The position numbers and the translations under genes were made by a program. This document shows, one piece after another, positions 45,533 to 54,766 of a stretch of 64,000 bases of DNA. Each line of letters opens with the position of its first letter. Position 1 is the first letter of the stretch. The stretch is taken from the IMG/VR virus record IMGVR_UViG_3300036791_001056, positions 1 through 64,000 of that record, one strand, 5' to 3'. The notes beneath the pieces were generated by a model, which saw nothing but the letters and a program-made list of their open reading frames with translations, searched no databases and was not told the DNA's origin. The stretch is from a virus.

Positions 45533-45804
45533 AGCGCCGCCACCGGTCATTCTCATACCAGCCGGGTCACCTACCTCCCACGTGGAGTCCGGAGTGGGAG
45601 AACACACCTGAGCAGTACGCGCAGCAGGTTCAGCTGCGCCGCGAGCTGATCGCGGCGGGTAACCCGGGCATGAGCGGGCGGGACGTGAAGATAGCCGAAG
45701 TGGTCTCCCGGCTCGCGGGAGACGCCGGGCTCACCGACAGCTCGGTGATGTTCGTTGTAAGGCAGCTGGCGGCCGCGCTGGATGAAGTTGAGGATTCCAC
45801 GTGA
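45529..45804 (+). CDS. Hypothetical protein
   Basis: GTGA overlap start. Confidence 0.5.
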   Translation: MKRRHRSFSYQPGHLPPTWSPEWENTPEQYAQQVQLRRELIAAGNPGMSGRDVKIAEVVSRLAGDAGLTDSSVMFVVRQLAAALDEVEDST

Positions 45805-45853
45805 TCTCAGTTAAAACGGCTGCCGGCATCAGCGCCGGTGCCGTCAAAGGAGG

Positions 45854-46132
45854 ATGACAGTGTACGGTCAGAATCACAGGTTCTGCCAGCGGTGCGGTCA
45901 CGTCGTGCCCATGGGTCGCCCCATGTGCGGCGGGTGCCGGACGCCATTCAGCTCGCTGATGGCATATGACCTGGCGTTCGACCAGGGCATGGCTGAGCCG
46001 GGCATCGGGTTCGACCCGTGGGACGGTCAGGTGGCCATCGACATCCCGGGCACCGATCTCGCCTTCGAGCCGGGCACGGGTGAGATCGACCTGGACCTGG
46101 GTGGCATCGACATCCCGCTGGGTGACTGGTGA
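45854..46132 (+). CDS. Zn-ribbon protein with acidic tail
   Basis: RBS AGGAGG; two CxxC motifs. Confidence 0.65.
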   Translation: MTVYGQNHRFCQRCGHVVPMGRPMCGGCRTPFSSLMAYDLAFDQGMAEPGIGFDPWDGQVAIDIPGTDLAFEPGTGEIDLDLGGIDIPLGDW

Positions 46133-46551
46133 ATCAGCACACAATGAGCGATGACATTGACGTTACCCCGGCACGGGTGATCCGTGAGAACTTCCGCTGG
46201 CTGGCCCCCGTCGCGATCGTTGGCTGCACGCTCATCGGTCTGTTCGGGGTGTTCTGCCTCGTGGCGTGGCCACTGCACGCCTGGCTCTGGCACCAGCAGG
46301 TCAACCTGCAGAACAGCGTGTACCAGGACAGCCCGGGAGCGCAGCAGGCCGACATCGACCAGCTGGAGAGTGCTGTTCAAGCCATCTCCGGATCGGTCGA
46401 CGGCAGCCAGATCATCGCTGACGTGAACCAGGCCTGCAAGTTCGCCACCCGGATCACGATCATGCCGCCTGGTGACGCTCCCTGGGTGGCGCAGAACTGC
46501 CTAGCGGGGTCCATCTCGCCGAGCAGCACATACAGCAGCGCAGGAAGCTGA
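46129..46551 (+). CDS. Membrane protein
   Basis: One TM helix. Confidence 0.65.
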   Translation: MNQHTMSDDIDVTPARVIRENFRWLAPVAIVGCTLIGLFGVFCLVAWPLHAWLWHQQVNLQNSVYQDSPGAQQADIDQLESAVQAISGSVDGSQIIADVNQACKFATRITIMPPGDAPWVAQNCLAGSISPSSTYSSAGS

Positions 46552-46564
46552 GAGGGAGACAGGA

Positions 46565-47317
46565 ATGAGGGACTGGGAGAAGAGGCTCAGCCGGGTCGGT
46601 GCAGCGGCTGGCGCCGCGGTCATGGCAACCGCCTGGGTGACCGCGTGCAGTCAGTCACAGAACGGGGGCACGGCACTGGATCACAACGACTCCAGTGCGA
46701 TCTCCACGCACTACCTGACGGTCCAGCCGCCGTACTACCCCACGGGCATCTCGATCTACCGCGAGAACCTGAACGCCATCGAGGCTGCTCATGTGCTCGG
46801 CCTGAACACCACGAGCTTCTTCTGGCAGAACGGCCGGACGGACCCGTACTTCTGGTGCCCGAGCCGGGGCGGAGCGGTGCCGAACACCGCGCAGCTGACG
46901 AACCCGCAGTACGTGCAGCCGGATCCCAACGCGTCCAACGGGTCAGTCATCATCAGCAACATGGACCCGGACGGCGTGTACCCGCCGACGAACAGCAGCG
47001 GGACCGCTGTCGTGTGCATCGACAGCCGGGGACGCGACTACTTCGCGTACGCTGAGGGTGAGGTGACGCAGTTCTCAGCCGCGGCCACGTGGGACTTCTC
47101 AGCCAATCACGGTCACGGCGGGATCGTGGTCACGGGCGCCCCGGCGATGCCGGTCTGTGAGGTGACGTACGCGAGCGTCCCGCAGTCAGGTGGCGGCACT
47201 AAGCGTGAGGCCGTCACAGAGTGCACCGCGCCCAAGGGCTCGGTCGCTCCCCGCGTGGGTGCGGCTGACCAGGCACCGGCACCAGTACCGGTACTCACAC
47301 CAACCGCGCCCAGCTGA
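46565..47317 (+). CDS. Lipoprotein
   Basis: Lipobox VTAC; NMDPDGVY motif. Confidence 0.7.
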   Translation: MRDWEKRLSRVGAAAGAAVMATAWVTACSQSQNGGTALDHNDSSAISTHYLTVQPPYYPTGISIYRENLNAIEAAHVLGLNTTSFFWQNGRTDPYFWCPSRGGAVPNTAQLTNPQYVQPDPNASNGSVIISNMDPDGVYPPTNSSGTAVVCIDSRGRDYFAYAEGEVTQFSAAATWDFSANHGHGGIVVTGAPAMPVCEVTYASVPQSGGGTKREAVTECTAPKGSVAPRVGAADQAPAPVPVLTPTAPS

Positions 47318-47640
47318 ACACCCAGCTGTCTGCGGAGACGGAGAGCAGCACGCCGTTCTTCTGCGGCAGCAACAGCTCGGAGAGCAAGTGCACTCAGATG
47401 ACTGTGCTCATCAGCAGCGTTGCGCCGTCAGATCCCGCGGTCCAGCAGCTGTACAACCAGCAGATCGCCGCTGAGCAGGCTGTGGCCGTTAACCAGGCAC
47501 GGCTCAAGGCAGCGCAAGAGCTGTACGGTGCGTACGCTCAGTACTTCCTCGGCCTGCAGGACCTGGCCACCGAGTGCCGGACCTGCACCATCTTCGTCGG
47601 GACACCCGCCGGCATTCCCGTGGTCAAGTCTGGCAAGTAG
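47311..47640 (+). pseudogene. Possible C-terminal remnant of a band-7/SPFH-like protein
   Basis: In-frame PFFCGSN..C followed by a coiled coil; N-terminus absent. Confidence 0.35.
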
Positions 47641-47659
47641 TGCGTCTCTGGTTCGCATC

Positions 47660-47765
47660 ATTCATAGCAAAGCCAAGTGCGTCATCGTGGAGCTGAGTTA
47701 AGTGGAGTTGAGTTCAGCGCACTGAAGTACAGCACAGCTCAGCAGGGCAAAGTCAGAGCTAAATG
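47660..47765 (+). repeat. (NNNAG)n pentamer-phased tract
   Basis: tggag ctgag ttaag tggag ttgag ttcag cgcac tgaag tacag cacag ctcag. Confidence 0.85.
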
Positions 47766-47875
47766 GCCAAGTTTTTGCGCAGAAAAGTCGCCATCAGCAC
47801 GTTTACGTGCATCTAGTATGGTACTATCAGCTCAGCACGAACAAAAAATCATCGACTGAAGGAGAGAGACAAATA

Positions 47876-48715
47876 GTGTCTCGGATCAAGTCGGTCATCG
47901 CCGCGGCTGCCGTCGCGGTGACGATCATGGGCGGCTCAGCCGCTCTGGCGAGCGCAGCGAGCGCCGCTACCGCTAGCATTGGCGTCACCCAGAACACCTC
48001 AGGTGAGGCCGGGTACTACGTCAACGACAACGGCAACTGGCACATTCGCGACGCGCACGCCGCGTTCACCGTGACCGCTGCCATGAAGTCGACCACCGAT
48101 GAGTCCACCGTTAACAACGCGGTGGGCGCTGAGCTCTGCGACCCGAACAGCGGCGACGCAGCGCAGATCGGTCTGCTGTGGGAGGGTCCGGTCACGGGCT
48201 TCGAGCTGGCTGCGCAGACCGGCAACCTCGTGCCCACCACGCAGGACCCGTGCATCCAGGACGGCGTGATCACGTCGACTCCCGACCACGTGCTGATCGG
48301 CGGTGGCGACGGCTGGACCATCCGCGTGGGTGACCAGGTCTCGGTGGACGTCTTCTACAACCCGGCTACGAGCGGGCGCTTCCGGTCGCACGTGATCCAG
48401 TACACCGCGTGCGACGTCACCCAGGACGTGTGCCGGCAGGCGTTCGACCGCGTCCGCGTGGAGAACTTCTTCGAGGCCGGCATCGGCGTCCTGAACACTG
48501 ATGCGCCGCTGCTCACCGCGCCGGCTCTTAACCCGCTGGTCAGCTTCACCGCTGCCACCTTCACCAACTACCTCGGCACCGTTCACGGCGTGCTGCAGGG
48601 CGGCTGGGAGCTGAAGGAGGCCGTGACCGTCAACGGCGCGAGCCAGCCGACGCTGCAGCCGTCGGCGCCGAGCGGCAGCGCGTTCTCGGTCGCTGAGGGC
48701 AGCGCATCTGCTTAG
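47876..48715 (+). CDS. Secreted beta-rich protein
   Basis: RBS AAGGAG; signal peptide ending ASA. Confidence 0.7.
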   Translation: MSRIKSVIAAAAVAVTIMGGSAALASAASAATASIGVTQNTSGEAGYYVNDNGNWHIRDAHAAFTVTAAMKSTTDESTVNNAVGAELCDPNSGDAAQIGLLWEGPVTGFELAAQTGNLVPTTQDPCIQDGVITSTPDHVLIGGGDGWTIRVGDQVSVDVFYNPATSGRFRSHVIQYTACDVTQDVCRQAFDRVRVENFFEAGIGVLNTDAPLLTAPALNPLVSFTAATFTNYLGTVHGVLQGGWELKEAVTVNGASQPTLQPSAPSGSAFSVAEGSASA

Positions 48716-48738
48716 TTACATCTTCGCACGATCATACA

Positions 48739-48773
48739 GCCGGCCGGCAGCTAGAGCTCAGCTGCCGGCCGGT
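48739..48773 (+). terminator. Hairpin terminator
   Basis: ccggccggcagct / agctgccggccgg. Confidence 0.65.
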
Positions 48774-48790
48774 GGCTCACTCAGGCCTGA

Positions 48791-48819
48791 TTTACACCGA
48801 GGAAGTCGTGTGATACTGT
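48791..48819 (+). promoter_or_regulatory. Promoter TTTACA-N17-TACTGT
   Basis: Repeated consensus. Confidence 0.7.
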
Positions 48820-49030
48820 TTACACTAGGAACCGAGCCAGGAAGAGAGCAGGAGGGACGCGAGGTGGATCGAGAGACGGCGCTCGCGGTCTTGACGCGGG
48901 CCAGGGTAGCGCCTCACCAGGCACTGCGGCTGATTAACCAGGCGCACCGAGACCTCATCTCAGCGCAGGGGTACCAGCCGGGTGACATCGTGATCTTGAG
49001 TATGCCCCGTGCTACGTTCATGATCGGGCG

Positions 49031-49282
49031 GTGGCGGTAGTGAGTAATAAGCTCAGCGAGCTGAGTGACCAAGAGCTCACAGATGAGCTGCGGCGCCGCG
49101 AGTCTGATCAGCGGCGCATTCGAGTTCTGGCAGAGGTGGAACGGCGCCGGCAGTATGAGGCGCAGCGCACGCACAAGATCGTAACTGAGGGCGATAAGCT
49201 CCAGCTCACGCTGGACCAGATGCTGGCGCTTGAGGACTTCTTCCGCGTCATCTTCGCAGAGGATGAGGATAGCGGATCATGA
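49031..49282 (+). CDS. Hypothetical protein
   Basis: Coiled-coil ORF. Confidence 0.5.
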   Translation: MAVVSNKLSELSDQELTDELRRRESDQRRIRVLAEVERRRQYEAQRTHKIVTEGDKLQLTLDQMLALEDFFRVIFAEDEDSGS

Positions 49283-49460
49283 GTCGTGATACGCAGCCAC
49301 TGAGCATCTTGGACGCCGAGCGTGACTGGCTCGTGGCTGATTACTGGCGGATGACGCGCCGCGCTGAGATTCATCAGTGCTGGGTTCGCGCCGTCGCTGA
49401 TCGTGAGCGCTCAGACAGGTGTGATCACCGGCGTGCAGGCATTCGGCGCACAGGAAGAGA

Positions 49461-49820
49461 GTGGAGATGCGGAAGAAGACGGTACCAACCCTGATTCAGG
49501 CTCACCCTGATCCGGTGATGGAGCAGCGGCTCGAGCACATTCGGCTGCTGCGCCGGCTGCGCAACCAGTGCTTGACGCAGGTTGAGCAGTACCAAGAGAC
49601 GATCAGCACCACTCACGATCAAGACATGAAGGCCATCCGCGAGTGCCGGATCGGCAACATCATCGACACGACCATGAATAGCTTGCTGAGCGTCAGCGCC
49701 ACTCGCCGGCACGAGGCAGAGGCGGCGATCAGCGATCAGCACGCGCGGGTTCACGAGTTGAGCGCTCAGATCACAGATGTCACCAGCGCACTAGACCCGG
49801 CAGACCTGGCGTACCTCTGA
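49461..49820 (+). CDS. Hypothetical coiled-coil protein
   Basis: ORF with RBS. Confidence 0.55.
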   Translation: MEMRKKTVPTLIQAHPDPVMEQRLEHIRLLRRLRNQCLTQVEQYQETISTTHDQDMKAIRECRIGNIIDTTMNSLLSVSATRRHEAEAAISDQHARVHELSAQITDVTSALDPADLAYL

Positions 49821-50197
49821 TGAGCTTTGACGAGTACAGCTCAGCGCGGCAGCGCGGTAATCCGCCGGTGTTCACCCGCGTTTACCAGCACGACGGTGAC
49901 CAGGCACACCTGCGGACCACAGACGGGTGCCAGGACATCTTGTGCCTGCTGATGGAGACGCCGTGCTGCTTTGCTGATGATAATGTGTGCTGCTGCGGTG
50001 AGCGGGACAGCGTAAGCGTGTGCGCGTGCCTGCACGTGACCGATTACCATCCCAACTCGTGGCTCGGCACCGGCAGCCAAGATGAGTATGACCAAGCTGA
50101 GCAGTTGCCTCTGTGCCTGCGATGCTTCGCCATCCGGGAGAGGCAGCTGCCTGACGTCAACCTCGACCGCGGGCATCACATCGACCTGCGCAGCTAA
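49820..50197 (+). CDS. Cys-rich hypothetical protein
   Basis: WLGTGSQDEY..LPLC..C. Confidence 0.55.
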   Translation: MSFDEYSSARQRGNPPVFTRVYQHDGDQAHLRTTDGCQDILCLLMETPCCFADDNVCCCGERDSVSVCACLHVTDYHPNSWLGTGSQDEYDQAEQLPLCLRCFAIRERQLPDVNLDRGHHIDLRS

Positions 50198-50204
50198 CGC
50201 CTGG

Positions 50205-50233
50205 TTTACATCAGAGTGGTAGTGTGGTAAACT
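50205..50233 (+). promoter_or_regulatory. Promoter TTTACA-N17-TAAACT
   Basis: Repeated consensus plus GAGGAACGGAG leader. Confidence 0.75.
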
Positions 50234-50269
50234 AGCTAGTAGTTGAGGAGTTGAGGAACGGAGCCAGGA

Positions 50270-50920
50270 ATGAGTGCCAGAGTGTCCGCCCCCCACGAGA
50301 ACACGTACCGCACCCCGCGGTTCGCCAACCAGCCGATGATCGACCTGCTGAAGAACCTGCTCACCGCGCACGAGCTGTACACCGGGCACTTTGACCGGCT
50401 GTGGAAGATGCTCGAGGCGCACGAGATCGATGTTCGCACACCGGGTGACGGCACTAAGATCCCGCTTTCTACGGGCATGGATGCCATCGACTGGGTCAAG
50501 GGCTACATCGCCCGGCACAACCTTCAGCCGAAGTCAGCCATCACAGCGCCAGTGGCCAGCGAGCGCTCAGCAGCACCCACCGCCGTTAAGTACGGCGTGT
50601 ACCGCTACGATGGCGATGTTTACATCGTCGTTGAGAGCAAGAAGAACACTGACCGGACCTACGCCAAGCGGATGCAGGAGTCGCCGCCGCGCCTGACCGC
50701 ACGCGGCGAGGAGGTTGACTTCGAGTGGGTGTACGCACCGGGAATCATCTGGAAGCTCACTGAAGAGCACCGCATGACTCTCGATGACGCCCGTGACCTG
50801 ATGATCAGGTACGGCCGGTGCCTGAAGTGCCGGCATCCGCTGAAGGCCGCCAAGACCCTGCAGACCGCTGAGGAGACCGGCGTGATGGTTGGCCCCGTCT
50901 GCCGGAAGTACTTCTCTTGA
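50270..50920 (+). CDS. DUF6011-like protein
   Basis: YGRCLKCRHPL...GPVC. Confidence 0.7.
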   Translation: MSARVSAPHENTYRTPRFANQPMIDLLKNLLTAHELYTGHFDRLWKMLEAHEIDVRTPGDGTKIPLSTGMDAIDWVKGYIARHNLQPKSAITAPVASERSAAPTAVKYGVYRYDGDVYIVVESKKNTDRTYAKRMQESPPRLTARGEEVDFEWVYAPGIIWKLTEEHRMTLDDARDLMIRYGRCLKCRHPLKAAKTLQTAEETGVMVGPVCRKYFS

Positions 50921-51236
50921 TCATCCTTGCAAGCATCCCGCGCCAGGACGGAGGAGGTAGTGGCTACTTGTACTGGTTACATCGCTTACAGCGGATCTTC
51001 GCGCATCGACCAGCCATGCGGTCATGGATGCCGTTGCGGTCATCACTGCTGGCTGTGAGCATGAGCATGTTGGTGAGCGAGAGCTTTGTGAAATGCACGC
51101 CGAGGAGGCGCGCTCCGGGGTCTTGCTCTGCGGTACTTGCCTGGACCACGAGTCCGAGTCACACTGCTGCCGACTGCGGGTGCTGGCAGCAGGACGGAGG
51201 CCGTAGTTTTACCTATGAATTGAGAGGAGGCATCAG

Positions 51237-51830
51237 ATGACCGAGGTCAGCTCAGCTGACGTGAGTCAGCGCCCAACTGGCAAGGTCATTCTCCGGCTGC
51301 TGACAGATGCTGGTGATGCCGGTGAGCTGGCGTCCGTGCTGGCCCGGCACTTCACCGCGCCTCTCAACCAGCAGCGCCGGAACGCGCTCACCAATCACTG
51401 GCTGACCCGCTACCAGCGGCATCAGTACGTGCGCCGGTCAGCAGTGACTGAGCCGTCACCTGTGTATAAGAACACACCGGTCTACCGCTGGTTCATCACG
51501 GATCACGGCCGCGCGTACCTGGAGCGAGGCTGCGTCAGCGAGCTGCAGCAACTGCGCGCTGAGCTGCGTGCTCAAGACACGCAGCGCATGATGCATATTC
51601 ATGCTGTCCAGCTGCGTGCGCTTGCTGATGGCCCGGCGCTGATTGCTGCACTGCCGCTTAAGTGCCTGACGCGGCGCACTGAGCTGGTGCGCGCTCTCCG
51701 GCGACGGTACCTCACACTGGAGGAGATTGGTCAGATGATGGGGGTGACGCGCGAGCGCATCCGGCAGCTGGAGGCAGGAATCGACGGTCACCAGTGCCCA
51801 GATTGCGTGAACGAGAAGAAGAACTCATGA
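51237..51830 (+). CDS. DNA-binding protein with sigma-70 region 4 HTH
   Basis: TLEEIGQMMGVTRERIRQLE. Confidence 0.8.
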   Translation: MTEVSSADVSQRPTGKVILRLLTDAGDAGELASVLARHFTAPLNQQRRNALTNHWLTRYQRHQYVRRSAVTEPSPVYKNTPVYRWFITDHGRAYLERGCVSELQQLRAELRAQDTQRMMHIHAVQLRALADGPALIAALPLKCLTRRTELVRALRRRYLTLEEIGQMMGVTRERIRQLEAGIDGHQCPDCVNEKKNS

Positions 51831-52204
51831 GCAGAATGATTAATCAAGTTGTCACTCACCGCTTCATGTGGTGGGCGCCCTGGGGCATCACTCGGTGGTG
51901 GCTTCCTCGGATGTTCCTCGGCGGGGATGAGTGGTGCAACGTGCCGTGGTGCGTGAACGTGCCGCCGCTCGGCTGCTTCATCTTCTTTAAGCCGCTAGGT
52001 CAGCTGCGCAAGTTCCCGTGCGCTACGCACTGGTGGGAGATGTACCAGGAAGAGCAGGCAGATTATGCGCCGTGTGGCTGGCTGCGTGGCGGGCAGATCA
52101 ACAAGAGCAATCACATCCACGCTGAGCTGGATGCTCTGTGCCCAGAGGCGTGGTCGTGGCTGCTGGGAGGAGAGGCAGAGCGTGAGCGATCTCTGGAGCA
52201 CTGA
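51827..52204 (+). CDS. Hypothetical protein
   Basis: ATGA overlap; Trp-rich. Confidence 0.5.
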   Translation: MSRMINQVVTHRFMWWAPWGITRWWLPRMFLGGDEWCNVPWCVNVPPLGCFIFFKPLGQLRKFPCATHWWEMYQEEQADYAPCGWLRGGQINKSNHIHAELDALCPEAWSWLLGGEAERERSLEH

Positions 52205-52443
52205 TCACCGCGGCTGCGCAGCCCCAGCGCATCTTCCATGGGCATCTGCACCGGTGGCGAGATGAGCTCATCGAGGCGCCTTGGGGGCCGGTCCACGTAA
52301 CTGGGCTAAATTATGACGGTCACGTCGGCAACTGGCTCGTTATCGATGCACAGACGCTAAAAGACACTGCTCTAAGTGACTGAAGTGATGCCTCACGTCA
52401 TAATGTGATATGATCAATGCATGACTCTCGATGAGGAGCTGCG

Positions 52444-53691
52444 TTGATCAAGAGGATAATCTGGCACGGCAATGCTCCCTGGGTGGGATCGGGCTACGGC
52501 GAGCAGACCGCGCTGTTCGTACCGCTCATCAAGGCACTGGGCTATGAGATCATCATCAGCACGTTCTCCGGGCTGCAGGGTGCGCCGCTGGACTGGAACG
52601 GGATGGTCGTGCTGCCCGCTACCCAAGATGCGTACGGCGCAGACGGGATCCCAGCGCACGCTCACCACGGAGGCGCTGATGTCGTCATCGCGCTGATGGA
52701 TGCCTGGGCGCTGAACGCTGAGCTCGTCAAGAGCGCGCCTCTCGCGTGCTGGATGCCGGTTGATGTGGGGAGACGCGACCCAGCGGGCAGCAGTGAGATC
52801 TTGCCCGGCCTCGGTGACGCTGACGTGAACTTTCTCACCGCTAGCGGCGCCGTTCCCATCGCGATGAGCCGGTGGGGAGAGGCCGCCCTGGCGCATGCTG
52901 GGTTTGAACCGCTGTATGTTCCGCACGGCGTGGACACCACCGTCTTCACCCCGCGCGCTGACCGCGACGAGCTGCGCGAGCGGCTAGGCCTGACGGGTAA
53001 GTTCGTGTTCATCATGATCGCGGCGAACAAAGACGCGATCCGGAAGAGCTTCTTCCCGCAGCTCGAGGCGTTCGGGCGCTTCCGCCGGAAGTACTGCCCG
53101 GAGGCGGTGCTGCTCATTCACAGCTTGATCGCCAACTCAGGCGGGCTGGATCTGCAGCGCATGGCGCAGGAGACGGGCATCGATGACGCGGTGATCTTCT
53201 CCAGCCAGTACAAGACGCTCATGGGTCTGTTCAAGCCGGCCGACATCGCGGCGCTCATCAATCAAGCTGATGTAGGAACCAACACCGCGATGGGTGAGGG
53301 GTTCGGGATCACGCAGCTGGAGATGCTGGCCTGTGGCGTGCCGTGCGTTACCACGCGCGGGTCCGCCATGACCGAGATCGCGCTCAGTCACGACTGGTGC
53401 GCTGAGGGTGACGCGTTCTGGAACCCGACGCACTCAGCGCGCTGGGTAACGCCGTTCATCTCGAGCATAGTGGACCGGTACGCGTACGCCTATGAGCAGC
53501 TGACGGGATCAGGCGCTGCCGGTGTCCGCCAGCAAGCGCGCCAGCGGGCGCTGAGGTATGACGCGAGTGCCATCACGGACCGGTACTGGCGGCCAGCACT
53601 GGCTGAGCTCGACCGGCGGCTGATGGATCGCCAGCGCAAAACAGATGAACAACAGAGGACTGGTGGGGCAGAAGATCAGCAATCAGCCTAA
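52444..53691 (+). CDS. GT4-family glycosyltransferase
   Basis: SGYGEQT, VPHGVD, GEGFGI..LE..ACGVP. Confidence 0.9.
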   Translation: MIKRIIWHGNAPWVGSGYGEQTALFVPLIKALGYEIIISTFSGLQGAPLDWNGMVVLPATQDAYGADGIPAHAHHGGADVVIALMDAWALNAELVKSAPLACWMPVDVGRRDPAGSSEILPGLGDADVNFLTASGAVPIAMSRWGEAALAHAGFEPLYVPHGVDTTVFTPRADRDELRERLGLTGKFVFIMIAANKDAIRKSFFPQLEAFGRFRRKYCPEAVLLIHSLIANSGGLDLQRMAQETGIDDAVIFSSQYKTLMGLFKPADIAALINQADVGTNTAMGEGFGITQLEMLACGVPCVTTRGSAMTEIALSHDWCAEGDAFWNPTHSARWVTPFISSIVDRYAYAYEQLTGSGAAGVRQQARQRALRYDASAITDRYWRPALAELDRRLMDRQRKTDEQQRTGGAEDQQSA

Positions 53692-53743
53692 CGTGTGATA
53701 TTGTGGTGATCAGTTAGACTGATGAGTCACATAGGAGGTTAAC

Positions 53744-54022
53744 GTGACAGCTACTGCGGCTGAGACGCGTAAAGCACACCGCGAGGACATCGCTACCATT
53801 ATCCCAGCTAATAAGCGCGATGCGCTGGGCATTATGGCCAAGGCACTGACCGCGCACCTGACGGGCGTCACGCTGGAGCAGATCCTCAGCGAGAGCCTGC
53901 ACTCGCTGACGCAGGCTGAGCGCAGCCGCCTCGAGTGGGCGCGCGACGAGTTCCTCCGGCGGATCAACGGCACCAAGGCAGCGGCGGCAGCGCAGAACGG
54001 TGCTGACGAGCCTGATGAGTGA
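53744..54022 (+). CDS. Hypothetical protein
   Basis: RBS AGGAGG. Confidence 0.65.
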   Translation: MTATAAETRKAHREDIATIIPANKRDALGIMAKALTAHLTGVTLEQILSESLHSLTQAERSRLEWARDEFLRRINGTKAAAAAQNGADEPDE

Positions 54023-54105
54023 GTTAGCCACAGGCGCCGCTGGTGCGTGCCGCTGGCGGCGCCTGTTGCATCTCAACGCTGATGTGGTAGAATATTATCA
54101 GGAAC

Positions 54106-54576
54106 GTGGAACGGAGGAGTCAGGTGGACATTAAGATCATAGTCAGCGGGCGTCAACCATCACCCGCCGCGCCGTATGCGGACGGCTGGTGCCAAACCTG
54201 CGGCAACCCCGTCACCCGCGAGCATAGGTGCTGCTGCTGGTGCCACGTCGCCGACACGTTGCAACGGTTCCTCGGGATGGACTTCGACGCCTCGGCCGAT
54301 AAGGCGGCCCGCATGTGGGACGCGATTCCTGACGCTGACAATGAGCGGGTGTGGACCGCTGCCTACGCCGACGATCACCAGGTCGACGCGTACGCGCCGC
54401 CTCCCGAGCTGGCCGCCCTGTGCGAGCAGGACGCCATCAACCACCCGGACGACGACCCGTGCCCTCAGTGCGGACGCCGCCAGCACGACGACGAGGCCAA
54501 CCCGGCGACCTGCCAGGCGTGCGGCTGGACCCTGGCGGTGGCGCGGCACCCGATTGGGGCTGGTGACTCAGCGTGA
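54106..54576 (+). CDS. Cys-rich hypothetical protein
   Basis: CxxC motifs; promoter and leader upstream; start may be near 54124. Confidence 0.5.
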   Translation: MERRSQVDIKIIVSGRQPSPAAPYADGWCQTCGNPVTREHRCCCWCHVADTLQRFLGMDFDASADKAARMWDAIPDADNERVWTAAYADDHQVDAYAPPPELAALCEQDAINHPDDDPCPQCGRRQHDDEANPATCQACGWTLAVARHPIGAGDSA

Positions 54577-54712
54577 TCATCATCGGCTGGCTCATCGCGA
54601 TTCTCATCTTTGCCACGATCGTCCTGATAGTGCTGCGTTGGCTCGTCCAGTTCACCGTGCTGTGGTGCCGCTGGGTCAAGTACCTGTGGACCCGGCACTA
54701 GAGACACGAAGA

Positions 54713-54750
54713 GAGACCCTGCTCACGGATGGGTACGTGAGCAGGGTCTC
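54713..54750. terminator. Bidirectional terminator hairpin
   Basis: gagaccctgctcacg / cgtgagcagggtctc at the point where the two transcription directions converge. Confidence 0.75.
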
Positions 54751-54766
54751 CTGTCTGCGTGATGAG

